Of a DNA stretch of 47,722 nt, positions 8,857 to 18,248 are shown piece by piece. A program made the position numbers and the translations under genes. The DNA lies in NCBI GenBank assembly GCA_964574585.1, contig CAZNOD010000001.1, positions 1 through 47,722 of the forward strand, in the 5' to 3' direction. The stretch is from an uncultured Candidatus Saccharibacteria bacterium. GTDB taxonomy: Bacteria > Patescibacteriota > Saccharimonadia > Saccharimonadales > Saccharimonadaceae. The notes under the pieces are model-generated. The model worked only from the letters and a program-made list of their open reading frames with translations, did not search any database and was not told the DNA's origin. The stretch's first letter is position 1. Each line of letters starts with the position of its first letter.

Positions 8857-9578
8857 GCGCCAGCAAAACAGTCCGACTACTCCAGCTTTATCCTAATGAC
8901 ATGAATATCTATGGTGACTGGGGCAACACGCTGACCTTGAAGCGACGACTAGAGTGGCATGGCTACCAAGTCGACCTGGTCGACTACAATCCCGGTGACA
9001 GTTTTCCCGAAGACATCGACTTAATTGTTGGCGGTGGCGGCCAAGACAGTGGCCAAATGACTATTCATGCCGACCTATTAGCAATTGGGCATAAGCTCAA
9101 GCAGTTGGCCGATGATGATGTACCGATGCTAATGGTTTGTGGTTTATATCAATTATTTGGCAAGTCATTTCGAACTAGCGGTGGCCAAACCATCACCGGC
9201 ATTGGCTTATTTGACTGTCAAACCCAGGCCAGCGGTCAACGCCTGATTGGCAACACTGTCACGAAGAGCCAGCAGTTTGGTACTATCATAGGTTACGAAA
9301 ACCACAGCGGCCTGACATACCTTGGCCCCAACACTGCCGCTTTCGGCAAGCTGATTAAGGGCGCTGGCAACAATGGCCAAGACGACACCGAAGGTGCTAT
9401 CTACCGTCAAGTTATCGGCACATATTTGCATGGGCCATTACTGCCAAAAAATCCGCAGATAGCTGATTGGTTGATCGAAAAAGCTGTCATCCGTAAATAC
9501 GGCGACTTTACTCCCAATATAATCAATGATCAGTTTGCCGACCAAGCTCGGGCCGTAGCCCAGAAGCGTCCCCGCTAA
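8853..9578 (+). CDS. gatD: Lipid II isoglutaminyl synthase glutaminase subunit GatD (CobB/CobQ-like GATase)
   Basis: N-terminus LYPNDMNIYGDWGNTLTLKRRLEWHG and block MVCGLYQLFG typical of GatD. There is a 4-nt overlap with murT. Confidence 0.9.
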   Translation: MSASKTVRLLQLYPNDMNIYGDWGNTLTLKRRLEWHGYQVDLVDYNPGDSFPEDIDLIVGGGGQDSGQMTIHADLLAIGHKLKQLADDDVPMLMVCGLYQLFGKSFRTSGGQTITGIGLFDCQTQASGQRLIGNTVTKSQQFGTIIGYENHSGLTYLGPNTAAFGKLIKGAGNNGQDDTEGAIYRQVIGTYLHGPLLPKNPQIADWLIEKAVIRKYGDFTPNIINDQFADQARAVAQKRPR

Positions 9579-10027
9579 GCCTCCGCCTGTAGCTGTTTGA
9601 CCGCTGCTACCAACTCATCACCATGACCGAGTGGCGTAACCTTGTCATAAACCTTGACTACTTGACTTGATGGGTCAATAATAAATGTCTTGCGCAAAAT
9701 AATACCGGCCCGCCACGCCCCGTAATCTTTGATGGTTACGGCGTCTGGGTCAGACAATAAAGTGAAATTAAGTGAGTATTTCGCCTTAAACCTCTCATGA
9801 CTAGCAGCATCATCACGGCTAATACCTACTACTTCGACACCGAGGTCAGCCAAATCATCACGTGCATCACGAATACCGCAAGCTTCGGTGGTACAGCCTG
9901 GCGTGTCGTCTTTTGGATAAAAATAAACCACCAGCCATTTATCAGCAAAATCATCGAGTGTGACCGTCTGGCCATCAGAATTAACTAATTTAAAATCTGG
10001 TGCACGATATGGAACTGTCTTTGTCAT
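9575..10027 (-). CDS. bcp: Thiol peroxidase / peroxiredoxin Bcp
   Basis: Active-site block YFYPKDDTPGCTTEAC. Size is 150 aa. Confidence 0.9.
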   Translation of the reverse strand: MTKTVPYRAPDFKLVNSDGQTVTLDDFADKWLVVYFYPKDDTPGCTTEACGIRDARDDLADLGVEVVGISRDDAASHERFKAKYSLNFTLLSDPDAVTIKDYGAWRAGIILRKTFIIDPSSQVVKVYDKVTPLGHGDELVAAVKQLQAEA

Positions 10028-10091
10028 AATTATATTGTATCACTCTCGCTTGCCGCTCATGCTGTGACAGAGATAAATCAGTGTTATACTG

Positions 10092-11234
10092 ATGGGTATG
10101 TCCGAGCCGTCCATCAACCATCCGCGCGTCGCTAGAATTCATGCTTTTGACCTGCTACGTGGCTATTTCTTAATCGTCATCTTGCTCAATCATTTGTACT
10201 TCTACCCAAGTGGACTCGAGTTACTGTCTGGGCGTGGCGCCCTATACGCCTCCAGCGCTGAAGGCTTCTTTGTCATATCTGGTATTGTACTCGGCATTGT
10301 TCGTGGTCAGAAATTATTAGCTAAACCCTTTGCAGTTGGCGCCAAACTACTACTCAAACGTAGCGTTCAACTCTATATTACTAGCGTGGTCTTAGCGGTG
10401 CTATTTACCTTTATTGCCTGGATATTTTATGACAATCCAGGCATCAAGAGTACGCCACTACCACCCGATACACCGATATGGGAAGTTGTCTGGAAGGCGG
10501 CCACTTACCAGTACTTGTACGGTTGGGCTGATTTCCTCAGACAGTACGCTATATTTATCGCTATCGCGCCGCTTGCCTTATGGCTACTCAGGCGCGGCTT
10601 ATGGTACGTTGTCTTGGCGGTTAGTTTTGCCGTCTGGACCCTCTTCCCGCACCTACCGGGCAGTGGCTTTATGCTACAGCCAGTAGCGTGGCAGTTTGTC
10701 TTTTTCAGCGGCTTCGTAATTGGTTTTCACTGGCCACAAATTCAAGGCTTTTGGCGCCGACTATCTATTAAGAACCGACGTCGTATTGGCAACAGTCTAG
10801 TAGCGACAACCTTGATTACAATTATAGCTAGCGCCTTGCTCGTATTTGGCTATAAGTTTGGTGGTGATCTGGGATCGACCCTGACGACCTGGCATCGTGC
10901 TATTGAAGATTATTTCTATAAAGACCGGCTACCTATCCCTCGTTTGATAATTGGTGCTGTCTGGTTCTGGGGGCTGTTCTACTTTGTCCGACGCCACGAG
11001 GCTTGGTTAATGCAAAAGATTGGTTGGCTACTCAACCCACTCGGCGTCAATTCGCTCTACGTTTATACGATTCAGGCTTTCTTGGTCTACTTCACTCACC
11101 TGTTTATCGTCCCGAGCCAAGCGGGACAGCCTGGTTTGACCTGGTTTATCAATTTATTTGTTTCGCTAGCGTTATTGACCTTGACCTGGGTGGCCGTCAA
11201 GCAACGCTTCTTGTTTAAGATTATTCCGCGCTAG
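10092..11234 (+). CDS. OpgC-like / acyltransferase-3-like polytopic membrane protein
   Basis: N-terminal FDLLRGYFLIVILLNHL motif and about 10 TM helices. ATG 10098 fits the local leaderless spacing better (TATACT at 10085-10090 plus 7 nt). Confidence 0.65.
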   Translation: MGMSEPSINHPRVARIHAFDLLRGYFLIVILLNHLYFYPSGLELLSGRGALYASSAEGFFVISGIVLGIVRGQKLLAKPFAVGAKLLLKRSVQLYITSVVLAVLFTFIAWIFYDNPGIKSTPLPPDTPIWEVVWKAATYQYLYGWADFLRQYAIFIAIAPLALWLLRRGLWYVVLAVSFAVWTLFPHLPGSGFMLQPVAWQFVFFSGFVIGFHWPQIQGFWRRLSIKNRRRIGNSLVATTLITIIASALLVFGYKFGGDLGSTLTTWHRAIEDYFYKDRLPIPRLIIGAVWFWGLFYFVRRHEAWLMQKIGWLLNPLGVNSLYVYTIQAFLVYFTHLFIVPSQAGQPGLTWFINLFVSLALLTLTWVAVKQRFLFKIIPR

Positions 11235-12762
11235 CTGCCGTATCAAACAAAGTGGCGCGATAAACGGTTGAGTCGTTGATGTAATCGTAGGCTCCAACGC
11301 TCTTGACAGGCTGCCAGCTATCAATTGGCGGTTTAACTGGACCATCCTTGTTAGTGTCAAGATACCAAACGTAGCGATAAGTATCGGTAAACTCATCGAT
11401 GTCGTTTATTTTACCTTGCTGAGTGTCGCGTAGCATCGCTAGTGAGCCCCACTGATAGTTGGTCGATGAGTCTAGAAAGTAAACGTGGTTTTGACGTGTA
11501 TCGTAAAAAGCAGCTTCATAGTAAATCCATGGTGAGGCAGCGATAATCGGCTGACCCGACTGGCCAAGCTGATTGATTTGCTTGACGACTTCCTTGACAC
11601 GAATCGAAGTGTTGGAGTTTTTGTTGTAGTTGCCATAATAGTAGACGTTACCAATACCAACTATCAAGGTGACGGCCACTATGCTAGCCGCCAGCAAACT
11701 GCCCTTTAGCTTTTGCCGGTAGGCTGAAGCCAAGGCTATCGCCACCAACACTAGGGTGACCGCCTGCGCGTACATAACATAGCGATCAATAAACGACGAC
11801 TTGAGTGGCGGTAGCGACATAATTACTAGTAAAACTGGTGGCACGACCGACAGACTAACCAACAAAGCCAAGCCAGGTCGATCAGCTTTAACCACTTTTT
11901 GACGCATTTTGACAAATAGCCAAATACCAGCGACTGTACAGGCCATCAATAACACCGCCCACCATCCAAGCACTGCACCGTACTGCTTATACATCAGTGT
12001 GTTTGACAGGTAATCTACTGGTGTATAGGCACTGATAGGTGGTATCCAGAAACCTTTTTGCACAGTAATAAACTGTTTGACTGCCGTGACTAGCCAGGGT
12101 GAAAAAAGCAGCACCGCCAAGCCGTGCACCACCAGCCATTGCTTAGTCCAAAATCGTTTCAGGCGACCGACTCGCTTCTCGTGCCAACGCCAAGCCCAGT
12201 GTGCTAGCCAAGCAAAAGCGGCAAAATAATGCGTCAGCATGCCAGCTGCTACCAGCACGGCATAGCCACCCCACCAACGCTTTTGGCCAGACTGAGTAGC
12301 TCGCACCAGCAGATAGCTGGCCCAGACCACAATTGCTAGTACCAATGTATACATTCGAGCTTCGTGCGCAAACCGAATAATCATTGGTGATATAGCTACA
12401 GCCAAGCTCGCCAACAGGGCAATCGAAGTCCGATTAAACAAGCGCCGCACTAGTACAAACACACCGATCAGCGCTACAATCGCCAACACTAGACTCAGCG
12501 AACGAATACCGAGCTCGCTCATCCCAAACAGCGACGTCCAAATCTTTAGTAACCAGTAATAAAGCGGTGGATGGACATCAGCGGCTGTAAACTGAGTAAT
12601 CTCGGCTAGATTGAAGCGCATCAAATAAGCGCTAAAGGCTTCGTCAAACCAAATTGACCACCGCGTCATATTACCCAGGACCAACCCAGAAAACATGGTA
12701 ATTATAGCAATTAGTGACAGGCGGTAATGTCTGGTAGTAAATTCAATAAATTGTTTTAGCAT
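11221..12762 (-). CDS. GT39/ArnT-like (PMT_2) membrane glycosyltransferase
   Basis: Polytopic N-terminal half with FDEAFS...HPPLYYWLLKIW, typical of ArnT/PMT-family C-type glycosyltransferases. The C-terminal domain is soluble. Confidence 0.75.
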   Translation of the reverse strand: MLKQFIEFTTRHYRLSLIAIITMFSGLVLGNMTRWSIWFDEAFSAYLMRFNLAEITQFTAADVHPPLYYWLLKIWTSLFGMSELGIRSLSLVLAIVALIGVFVLVRRLFNRTSIALLASLAVAISPMIIRFAHEARMYTLVLAIVVWASYLLVRATQSGQKRWWGGYAVLVAAGMLTHYFAAFAWLAHWAWRWHEKRVGRLKRFWTKQWLVVHGLAVLLFSPWLVTAVKQFITVQKGFWIPPISAYTPVDYLSNTLMYKQYGAVLGWWAVLLMACTVAGIWLFVKMRQKVVKADRPGLALLVSLSVVPPVLLVIMSLPPLKSSFIDRYVMYAQAVTLVLVAIALASAYRQKLKGSLLAASIVAVTLIVGIGNVYYYGNYNKNSNTSIRVKEVVKQINQLGQSGQPIIAASPWIYYEAAFYDTRQNHVYFLDSSTNYQWGSLAMLRDTQQGKINDIDEFTDTYRYVWYLDTNKDGPVKPPIDSWQPVKSVGAYDYINDSTVYRATLFDTAASAE

Positions 12763-12844
12763 AATTATTTATTATTGTACCCAGCCCCTCTAGAAAAGTC
12801 ACGTCAAATGATATATAATACCTCTAGCTTAAATCAAGCACTGT

Positions 12845-12920
12845 CGGGGTGTGGCGCAGTTGGTAGCGCGCGCGGTTTGGGACCGTGAGGTCGAAGGTTC
12901 GAGTCCTTTCACCCCGACCA
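12845..12920 (+). tRNA. tRNA-Pro (anticodon TGG), CCA encoded
   Basis: Hand-folded cloverleaf. Acceptor CGGGGTG/CACCCCG; D arm GCGC-AGTTGGTA-GCGC; anticodon arm CGCGG-TTTGGGA-CCGTG; T arm GAAGG-TTCGAGT-CCTTT; 3' ACCA. Confidence 0.9.
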
Positions 12921-12928
12921 TACAAAGT

Positions 12929-12955
12929 AGCCGTTTCGTACGGTTATTTTATTTT
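12929..12955 (+). terminator. Short hairpin plus T-tract after tRNA-Pro
   Basis: AGCCGT-ttcgt-ACGGTT followed by ATTTTATTTT. Confidence 0.45.
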
Positions 12956-12968
12956 GAAATACAGTTTA

Positions 12969-12997
12969 TTGACAAGCTTAACTAATCTAAGTAATCT
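12969..12997 (+). promoter_or_regulatory. Sigma-70-like promoter TTGACA-N17-TAATCT, 7 nt upstream of ATG 13005
   Basis: Read directly: TTGACA at 12969-12974, TAATCT at 12992-12997. Confidence 0.55.
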
Positions 12998-13004
12998 ACT
13001 ATAA

Positions 13005-13247
13005 ATGACTGAAGACAATCGGCGTGGATATCGCGCAACAGAGAGAGTACTAAGCGTTGCTCCCACCTTCGACCTAAACTCTATACTCGAAGGTCAACAT
13101 CTTGCTGAAAAGATTGCCCGCGAACGCTCCGGCGGTAGCGATATTAAGCCTGACAGTAGACCTTCGATTGGCAATGCTGTAGCAGCCTTGGCTAATCAGA
13201 CAGACGAACAGCTCCGACAGTACATAGCTAATCGTCAATCTAAATAA
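13005..13247 (+). CDS. Hypothetical small soluble protein (80 aa)
   Basis: ATG ORF with a canonical promoter immediately upstream. I recognised no family. Confidence 0.5.
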   Translation: MTEDNRRGYRATERVLSVAPTFDLNSILEGQHLAEKIARERSGGSDIKPDSRPSIGNAVAALANQTDEQLRQYIANRQSK

Positions 13248-13344
13248 ATCGTCATAAATATCAAGACCTGAAGCTAGCGCACAAAATCTTCAAGAACGCC
13301 CCTAGTTTTGCATCGTCTAGCCATAAGTATTATAATTACCTCAA

Positions 13345-13971
13345 ATGTTAGCAATACAAAAATCGGGCGAATTTGCTGGCCGCAAAACTCTATTAACCAT
13401 CGTTGCTTTGCTGATGGTAGCTGGTGGATTATATCTGTTAGTGTTGGTCAGCGCACCAGCTGTCATACCTTTTGTCGCTAAGCCAATTGAGCCAGCCAGC
13501 CTAGCTAAGCCCGTGATTGGCGAAGATCGTATTATCATTCCAAAAATTGGCGTCAACATCGCCTACGAAGCCAACGAGGCGGCCCTCGACAGTGGTGCCT
13601 GGTGGCGTTATCCTGAGCGCGGTAACCCCGAAGATGGTGGCAACTTCATCATATCGGCTCACCGCTTCACGCTATGGAGTACCGTCCAAAAAACTATCGA
13701 AAAGTCACCGTTTTATAACATCGACAAGCTCGCTACCGACGATCAGATCGTTATCGACTATAGTGGCAAGCGCTATTTATATACCATTAATCGCGTGTTT
13801 GACGTCAAGCCCAGTCAAACCGAAATTGAGGCTCCTAGCACTGAGGCTAAGTTGACGTTGTACACTTGCACCCTAGGTGGATCAGCTGACGGTCGCGTGG
13901 TCTTGACCGCCACCCCACAAGGCGAGGTTGATACGACACAGCTAGCTAGCGACAATCCTAATCAGCCGTAG
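13345..13971 (+). CDS. Sortase-family transpeptidase, N-terminally membrane anchored
   Basis: N-terminal TM, IIIPKIGVNI strand, catalytic His in NFIISAHRF, TLxTC motif LTLYTCT, and downstream Arg (GRVVLTA). Confidence 0.85.
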   Translation: MLAIQKSGEFAGRKTLLTIVALLMVAGGLYLLVLVSAPAVIPFVAKPIEPASLAKPVIGEDRIIIPKIGVNIAYEANEAALDSGAWWRYPERGNPEDGGNFIISAHRFTLWSTVQKTIEKSPFYNIDKLATDDQIVIDYSGKRYLYTINRVFDVKPSQTEIEAPSTEAKLTLYTCTLGGSADGRVVLTATPQGEVDTTQLASDNPNQP

Positions 13972-14017
13972 CTTGAACTTTGCACGGTAATATGGAAAGA
14001 TATACAAAACACTTTGC

Positions 14018-15070
14018 ATGAAATACCGTAAGCTCAGCCCGGAACAAACGCATCATCAGGCCATCATCGATAGCCTGCCTATAATCGAGCGCTTACGGAC
14101 AGCTAGCCAGCGACTTGCCCTTGGTAGTCTAGCGCTAGCGACGACACTTGGCTATGCTGGACACGGCTATCAAGCGCGCTTAGCTAGTATCTATGACTAT
14201 TCGGCCGATAACGATTCAGCTGCACCAGGGCTAGGACGAGCTAGTGCTGGCGATTTAGCCTTGATAGAAGATAACGACAAGCAACAACTACGCGTAGCTA
14301 GCTGGAATATGCACCAAGAGACGAATCAACGCATCGAGCAAATCGCTCAACTACTCGAGGAAGAAAAGCTTGACGCTTTAGTTTTACAGGAAGTTCTAGC
14401 GTCAGACGCCGAAACACTTGCCGCCTCATTACCTGGCTATCAAGTAAGTTTCGCGGTTGCTGAAGTATTAAACAAGGGTCAAGATTACGGCAACGTCAAC
14501 ATCACCAAGATGCCACCTCACGAAATTACCGCGATCAAGCTAGCCGGCACCTCAATACCAGAAACCGTTGGCAATCTCATAACCGGCCTGCCTCAAGACA
14601 TCTACAACCAGCTATTTGTCGATTCCGACGACTACCGACCGTGGGGTAATATCAATACCAGCTGGCAAGAAAATCGCACCGCCCAGCGGTCAACTATTAT
14701 CTCTGACCTTGGCGGTCAAGCTATTGAAGTTGCTATTACCGGCACTCATCTGTCGCATATATCCGACAGCCCTGTCCATGCTAGACAGCTTAAGCAGCTG
14801 GCCGAGTTTGCTAAAACCACGCCCGAGGATGGTATTGCCGTCATCTGCGGTGACTTCAATACGATGAATCATACTGCTATCGATCAGCTATTCCCTAACT
14901 ACTATCGACCAGTTACTGGCCCATCGACCGATTACTTTGATCAGCCGATTGACCTCTGCCTGACAAACGCTGACCCCGATAAGTATACCGTGTCGGCCCG
15001 CGTGCTCGATCAGTATGCCACCGATCACTACGCGATAAATATGAATATAAGTCGCACCAATATCGATTAA
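14018..15070 (+). CDS. Endonuclease/exonuclease/phosphatase (EEP) family protein with N-terminal anchor/signal
   Basis: EEP motifs LRVASWNMH, LDALVLQEV, VICGDFN and ATDHYAI. A hydrophobic N-terminal segment LALGSLALATTLGYA is present. Confidence 0.85.
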   Translation: MKYRKLSPEQTHHQAIIDSLPIIERLRTASQRLALGSLALATTLGYAGHGYQARLASIYDYSADNDSAAPGLGRASAGDLALIEDNDKQQLRVASWNMHQETNQRIEQIAQLLEEEKLDALVLQEVLASDAETLAASLPGYQVSFAVAEVLNKGQDYGNVNITKMPPHEITAIKLAGTSIPETVGNLITGLPQDIYNQLFVDSDDYRPWGNINTSWQENRTAQRSTIISDLGGQAIEVAITGTHLSHISDSPVHARQLKQLAEFAKTTPEDGIAVICGDFNTMNHTAIDQLFPNYYRPVTGPSTDYFDQPIDLCLTNADPDKYTVSARVLDQYATDHYAINMNISRTNID

Positions 15071-15267
15071 TTAGCCGGCAGTAGCTCGTCTTGCCCCAGC
15101 TGATTATCTAACTCTGGCTCTAAATCTGGCTGCTCAGCTACACCTACCGCTAGCCGTCCAACTGGCTGACCGCCAACCCATACGACTGGCTGATGTCTCT
15201 GTCGCTCTTCCCATAATTGGCGATACTCTGATATGGTGCAGGTTAGCTTGCCTTCAGTATTTGTCAT
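15067..15267 (-). CDS. Hypothetical small protein (66 aa from ATG 15267)
   Basis: AGGAG lies 8 nt upstream of ATG 15267 (the track ORF extends to 15297). I recognised no family. A strong hairpin sits only 15 nt upstream of the SD. Confidence 0.35.
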   Translation of the reverse strand: MTNTEGKLTCTISEYRQLWEERQRHQPVVWVGGQPVGRLAVGVAEQPDLEPELDNQLGQDELLPAN

Positions 15268-15295
15268 CGTCGTTACTCCTCGTTTCACCAGTAAC

Positions 15296-15329
15296 AAAAA
15301 CCGGTCTTCGTGATTGAAGACCGGTTTTT
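15296..15329. terminator. Bidirectional intrinsic terminator hairpin
   Basis: AAAAA-CCGGTCTTC-gtgatt-GAAGACCGG-TTTTT. The 9-bp GC-rich stem extends to 14 bp through the A/T tracts. Confidence 0.7.
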
Positions 15330-15477
15330 ATTGCTGCTAGTTAGTTTTTCTAATCGGCCCTCAATCCAAACGCAGCAATAATAATAGCCTGCTTAGACTT
15401 GCTTGACTGCTGCTGATTGAGGTTAAATACCATACGCTGCCTAGACTACACCCTCTAGCATGGTTAAGTCAAATAAC

Positions 15478-15963
15478 TTATTTAATCTCTGGCAAAGTTA
15501 CTAGATCAGCGTAAGGCTGCCAGGCAGCTTTTTCAGCTTGACTCAGATTTTTAGCCCAGTCGACAGCTGCTTGAACCGTCGCTTGATCGAACTCAACAAC
15601 TTGACCAATTTCAAGGTATGGCTCGCCTGCGTCTTGGGTTAATTTGGTTTCAGCTGCCACTCGTTCGGCTGGCGATAGGCCAGACGCCAAAACCGCGACT
15701 GCTTGCCGAGCCAAAACCGTGTACGAGTCGCCCGCTGCAGCGGTGTAGCTAAAGTTATCTTGATTGGTTTTTGACTGCTCGTCGCTAGCGTCATCTTGCT
15801 TTGATTTATCTGACTGCTGCTGACTATCCTCAGACTTGCCGTCGTCGACAACTGTCATGTCATCGGGCTGGAGAAATAGGCTTACACCTATTAGCCCCAA
15901 AATAGCGGCGGCCGCCACAAACAGTAAACGCTTTGAACTTTGATTGGTCTGATCTTCTGCCAC
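15478..15963 (-). CDS. Membrane-anchored acidic protein with a possible degenerate LysM-like C-terminal domain
   Basis: GTG start at 15963 with AGGAG 6 nt upstream. It has an N-terminal TM (LLFVAAAAILGLIGVSLFL) and a D/E/S/Q-rich linker. The C-terminal YTAAAGDSYTVLARQ...GQVVEF pattern is loosely LysM-like. Confidence 0.6.
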   Translation of the reverse strand: MAEDQTNQSSKRLLFVAAAAILGLIGVSLFLQPDDMTVVDDGKSEDSQQQSDKSKQDDASDEQSKTNQDNFSYTAAAGDSYTVLARQAVAVLASGLSPAERVAAETKLTQDAGEPYLEIGQVVEFDQATVQAAVDWAKNLSQAEKAAWQPYADLVTLPEIK

Positions 15964-16046
15964 TTTGATCTCCTATTACTGCCCACCGTTTGTTTGCCAA
16001 TATGATAGCACTTATTGCCAAGCTCGCCTAGTGTTATGATGGGTCT

Positions 16047-16640
16047 ATGACCAAAAAGTCAATCTGGCGTCCAGTTGCAAATAGCTTCGGAGGTATGGCC
16101 TACCTTGCAGTGTTCTTCCAGTGGACATGGCTGCTGATAACATTGGTTGTGCCGGCGATATTATCAAATGCGGTCGTCGAATACCTGACCATGCCACGAA
16201 CAACCGATCAGCCGGTCGATCCAACACCAGCCATGGAGCTGAGCTTATCGCCAATGATGCAGACTATCATAGTTGTTTTGTCGATTAGCTTCGCGATTGG
16301 CATAACGCTATACGCCATCTACATGGTTCCGAAAACCATCAGTCGCACCGGCCGCACGGTAGTCCATCGAGCCGCTAAGGTCGCCGTCAAGCAGACTACC
16401 GTAAAGCAACCGATTAAGCCCCGCCAAAAACAAAGCCTACTAAATCGCTACAGCCTACTAGCCAAGTTGATGCTAATTGTCATACCGCTAATTGCGTTAT
16501 TGATACCGACCAGCCTCGATCTGGACCACCAGCTAGTGGTGGTAGTTGGACTTTTCTTGTCAGTACTTAGTAGCGCGCTGTTTGGCTTGCAGTTATTGAT
16601 TGCCTACCTAGCAAAAGTACCCTTGAAACAACTCTGGTAG
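16047..16640 (+). CDS. Hypothetical multi-pass membrane protein
   Basis: ATG at 16047 with TATGAT 6 nt upstream. About 4 hydrophobic helices. I recognised no family. Confidence 0.6.
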   Translation: MTKKSIWRPVANSFGGMAYLAVFFQWTWLLITLVVPAILSNAVVEYLTMPRTTDQPVDPTPAMELSLSPMMQTIIVVLSISFAIGITLYAIYMVPKTISRTGRTVVHRAAKVAVKQTTVKQPIKPRQKQSLLNRYSLLAKLMLIVIPLIALLIPTSLDLDHQLVVVVGLFLSVLSSALFGLQLLIAYLAKVPLKQLW

Positions 16641-16642
16641 GC

Positions 16643-18133
16643 TTATTTAGCAAACTCAATTGCGCGGGTTTCACGAATAACATTTACCTTGATTGTGCCG
16701 GGATACTGCATAGTACTCTCTATTTTGGTAGCAATATCGCGGGCGAGCTTGATAGCACTAAGATCGTCAATATTCTCTGGTCGAACGATGACTCGTACTT
16801 CACGGCCAGCACTAATGGCGTACGCCTTATCGATACCCTTGAAGCTGGTGGCAACGTTTTCAAGATCACGCATCCGCTCAGCGAAGTTTTCGGCGCTAAT
16901 GTTACGTGCACCCGGCCGAGCTGCTGAAGCCGCGTCGACGACGCGTACTACCAAGGCCTCAGGTGTAGTTGCCTCGACGTCATCGTGGTGAGCCTCAATC
17001 GCATGAGCAATCTCATCACTCATACCATACTTGCGAGCCAACTCAGCTCCGATGTGGTGGTGCTTACCTTCAACCTTGTGTGTGACAGCCTTGCCAACGT
17101 CGTGGAGCAAGGTAGCAATCTTGACGGTCCGAACATCTGCCCCAACCTCCTCGGCAATCATGCCGGCGATATGAGCCATCTCTTTGCTGTGGAGCAAGAC
17201 ATTTTGGCCGTAACTAGTACGAAACTTCAGCTGTCCGAGTAACTGTAACATCTCTTTTGGTATACCAACCACCCCAACTTCACGAGCGGCGTCTTCACCA
17301 GCCCGAATAACTTCTTTGTCGATTTGCTTCTCGGCTTTAGCAAAGACTTCTTCGATACGGCCCGGGTGAATACGTCCATCCTTCATCAACATCTCTAGGC
17401 CCAGTCGTGCTACTTGGCGACGGATTGGGTCAAAGCTACTGAGAACCACCATGCCAGGCGTGTCATCTACCAAAAAGTCGACACCAGTGGCACGTTGCAT
17501 GGCCTGAATATTGCGACCTTCCTTGCCGATAATTCGGCCCTTCATCTCGTCATCAGGCAACTTAATAGCCGTGATGGTTCGCTCGGCGGTCACTTCGCTG
17601 CTCATCCGCTCCATGGCGGTCAGCAAAATAGTCTGCGCTTGCTCCTCGGCATCGTCCTGGGCACTTTTTTGCAGCTTTGATATTAGTCCTATCAAATCAT
17701 TCTTGATATCGCGCTCGGTCATCTGCATCAGCTTTTCAGCTGCTTCTTCTTTTTTGAGCTTGGCAATCTTCTCGAGCTTATCTTGCTGCTTGGTACGAAT
17801 CGCCCGAACCTCATCCTTGAGATCTTCGACCTCACTCTCGGCTTGGCGTAGCTTCTCGGCTCGCTTGTCTAGCTCGTCAAGTTTTTTATCGAGACTAGCC
17901 TCGCGATCAGCCAATCGATCTTCGGTTTTCTTCCATTCACGACGACGTTCTTTCTCGATTTCGAGCGCATCGTCCTTGGCTTTAAGTACTATCTCTGAAG
18001 CTTGCTTTTCAGCTCGAGCCAAGTCTTTGGCAATTTTAGTTTTGCTAGAGTTTTTTTGCTGGTAGTCGTAGGTGGTTTTTCCGGCCACTCCTAAAAGTGC
18101 ACCTACAATTGCGGCGACAACTGCTATCTCCAT
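16643..18133 (-). CDS. rny: Ribonuclease Y
   Basis: N-terminal TM, long K/E-rich coiled coil, KH domain (GRIIGKEGRNIQ), and HD domain (LLHDVGKA...HH). SD AAAGGAA lies upstream of ATG 18133. Confidence 0.92.
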   Translation of the reverse strand: MEIAVVAAIVGALLGVAGKTTYDYQQKNSSKTKIAKDLARAEKQASEIVLKAKDDALEIEKERRREWKKTEDRLADREASLDKKLDELDKRAEKLRQAESEVEDLKDEVRAIRTKQQDKLEKIAKLKKEEAAEKLMQMTERDIKNDLIGLISKLQKSAQDDAEEQAQTILLTAMERMSSEVTAERTITAIKLPDDEMKGRIIGKEGRNIQAMQRATGVDFLVDDTPGMVVLSSFDPIRRQVARLGLEMLMKDGRIHPGRIEEVFAKAEKQIDKEVIRAGEDAAREVGVVGIPKEMLQLLGQLKFRTSYGQNVLLHSKEMAHIAGMIAEEVGADVRTVKIATLLHDVGKAVTHKVEGKHHHIGAELARKYGMSDEIAHAIEAHHDDVEATTPEALVVRVVDAASAARPGARNISAENFAERMRDLENVATSFKGIDKAYAISAGREVRVIVRPENIDDLSAIKLARDIATKIESTMQYPGTIKVNVIRETRAIEFAK

Positions 18134-18248
18134 ATTGTTCCTTTCTCGAACTACTCCGTGACGTGTTCATCGCCACTATATTTCAATCAAAAGTAGTCGA
18201 TAGTATCTAAAATTTATCAAATAGTCTGTCGTTTAACGGACTAACTAT

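Noticed and set aside
12845-16640. Genomic island integrated at tRNA-Pro
   Set aside because: I found no integrase or recombinase gene, no direct repeat of the tRNA 3' end downstream, and no obvious compositional break by eye.
17511-18065. 184-aa Ser/Leu/Arg-rich ORF on the plus strand inside rny
   Set aside because: It is the antisense mirror of the Lys/Glu-rich coiled-coil region of RNase Y. It has low complexity and no start context. The rny frame is clearly the coding one.
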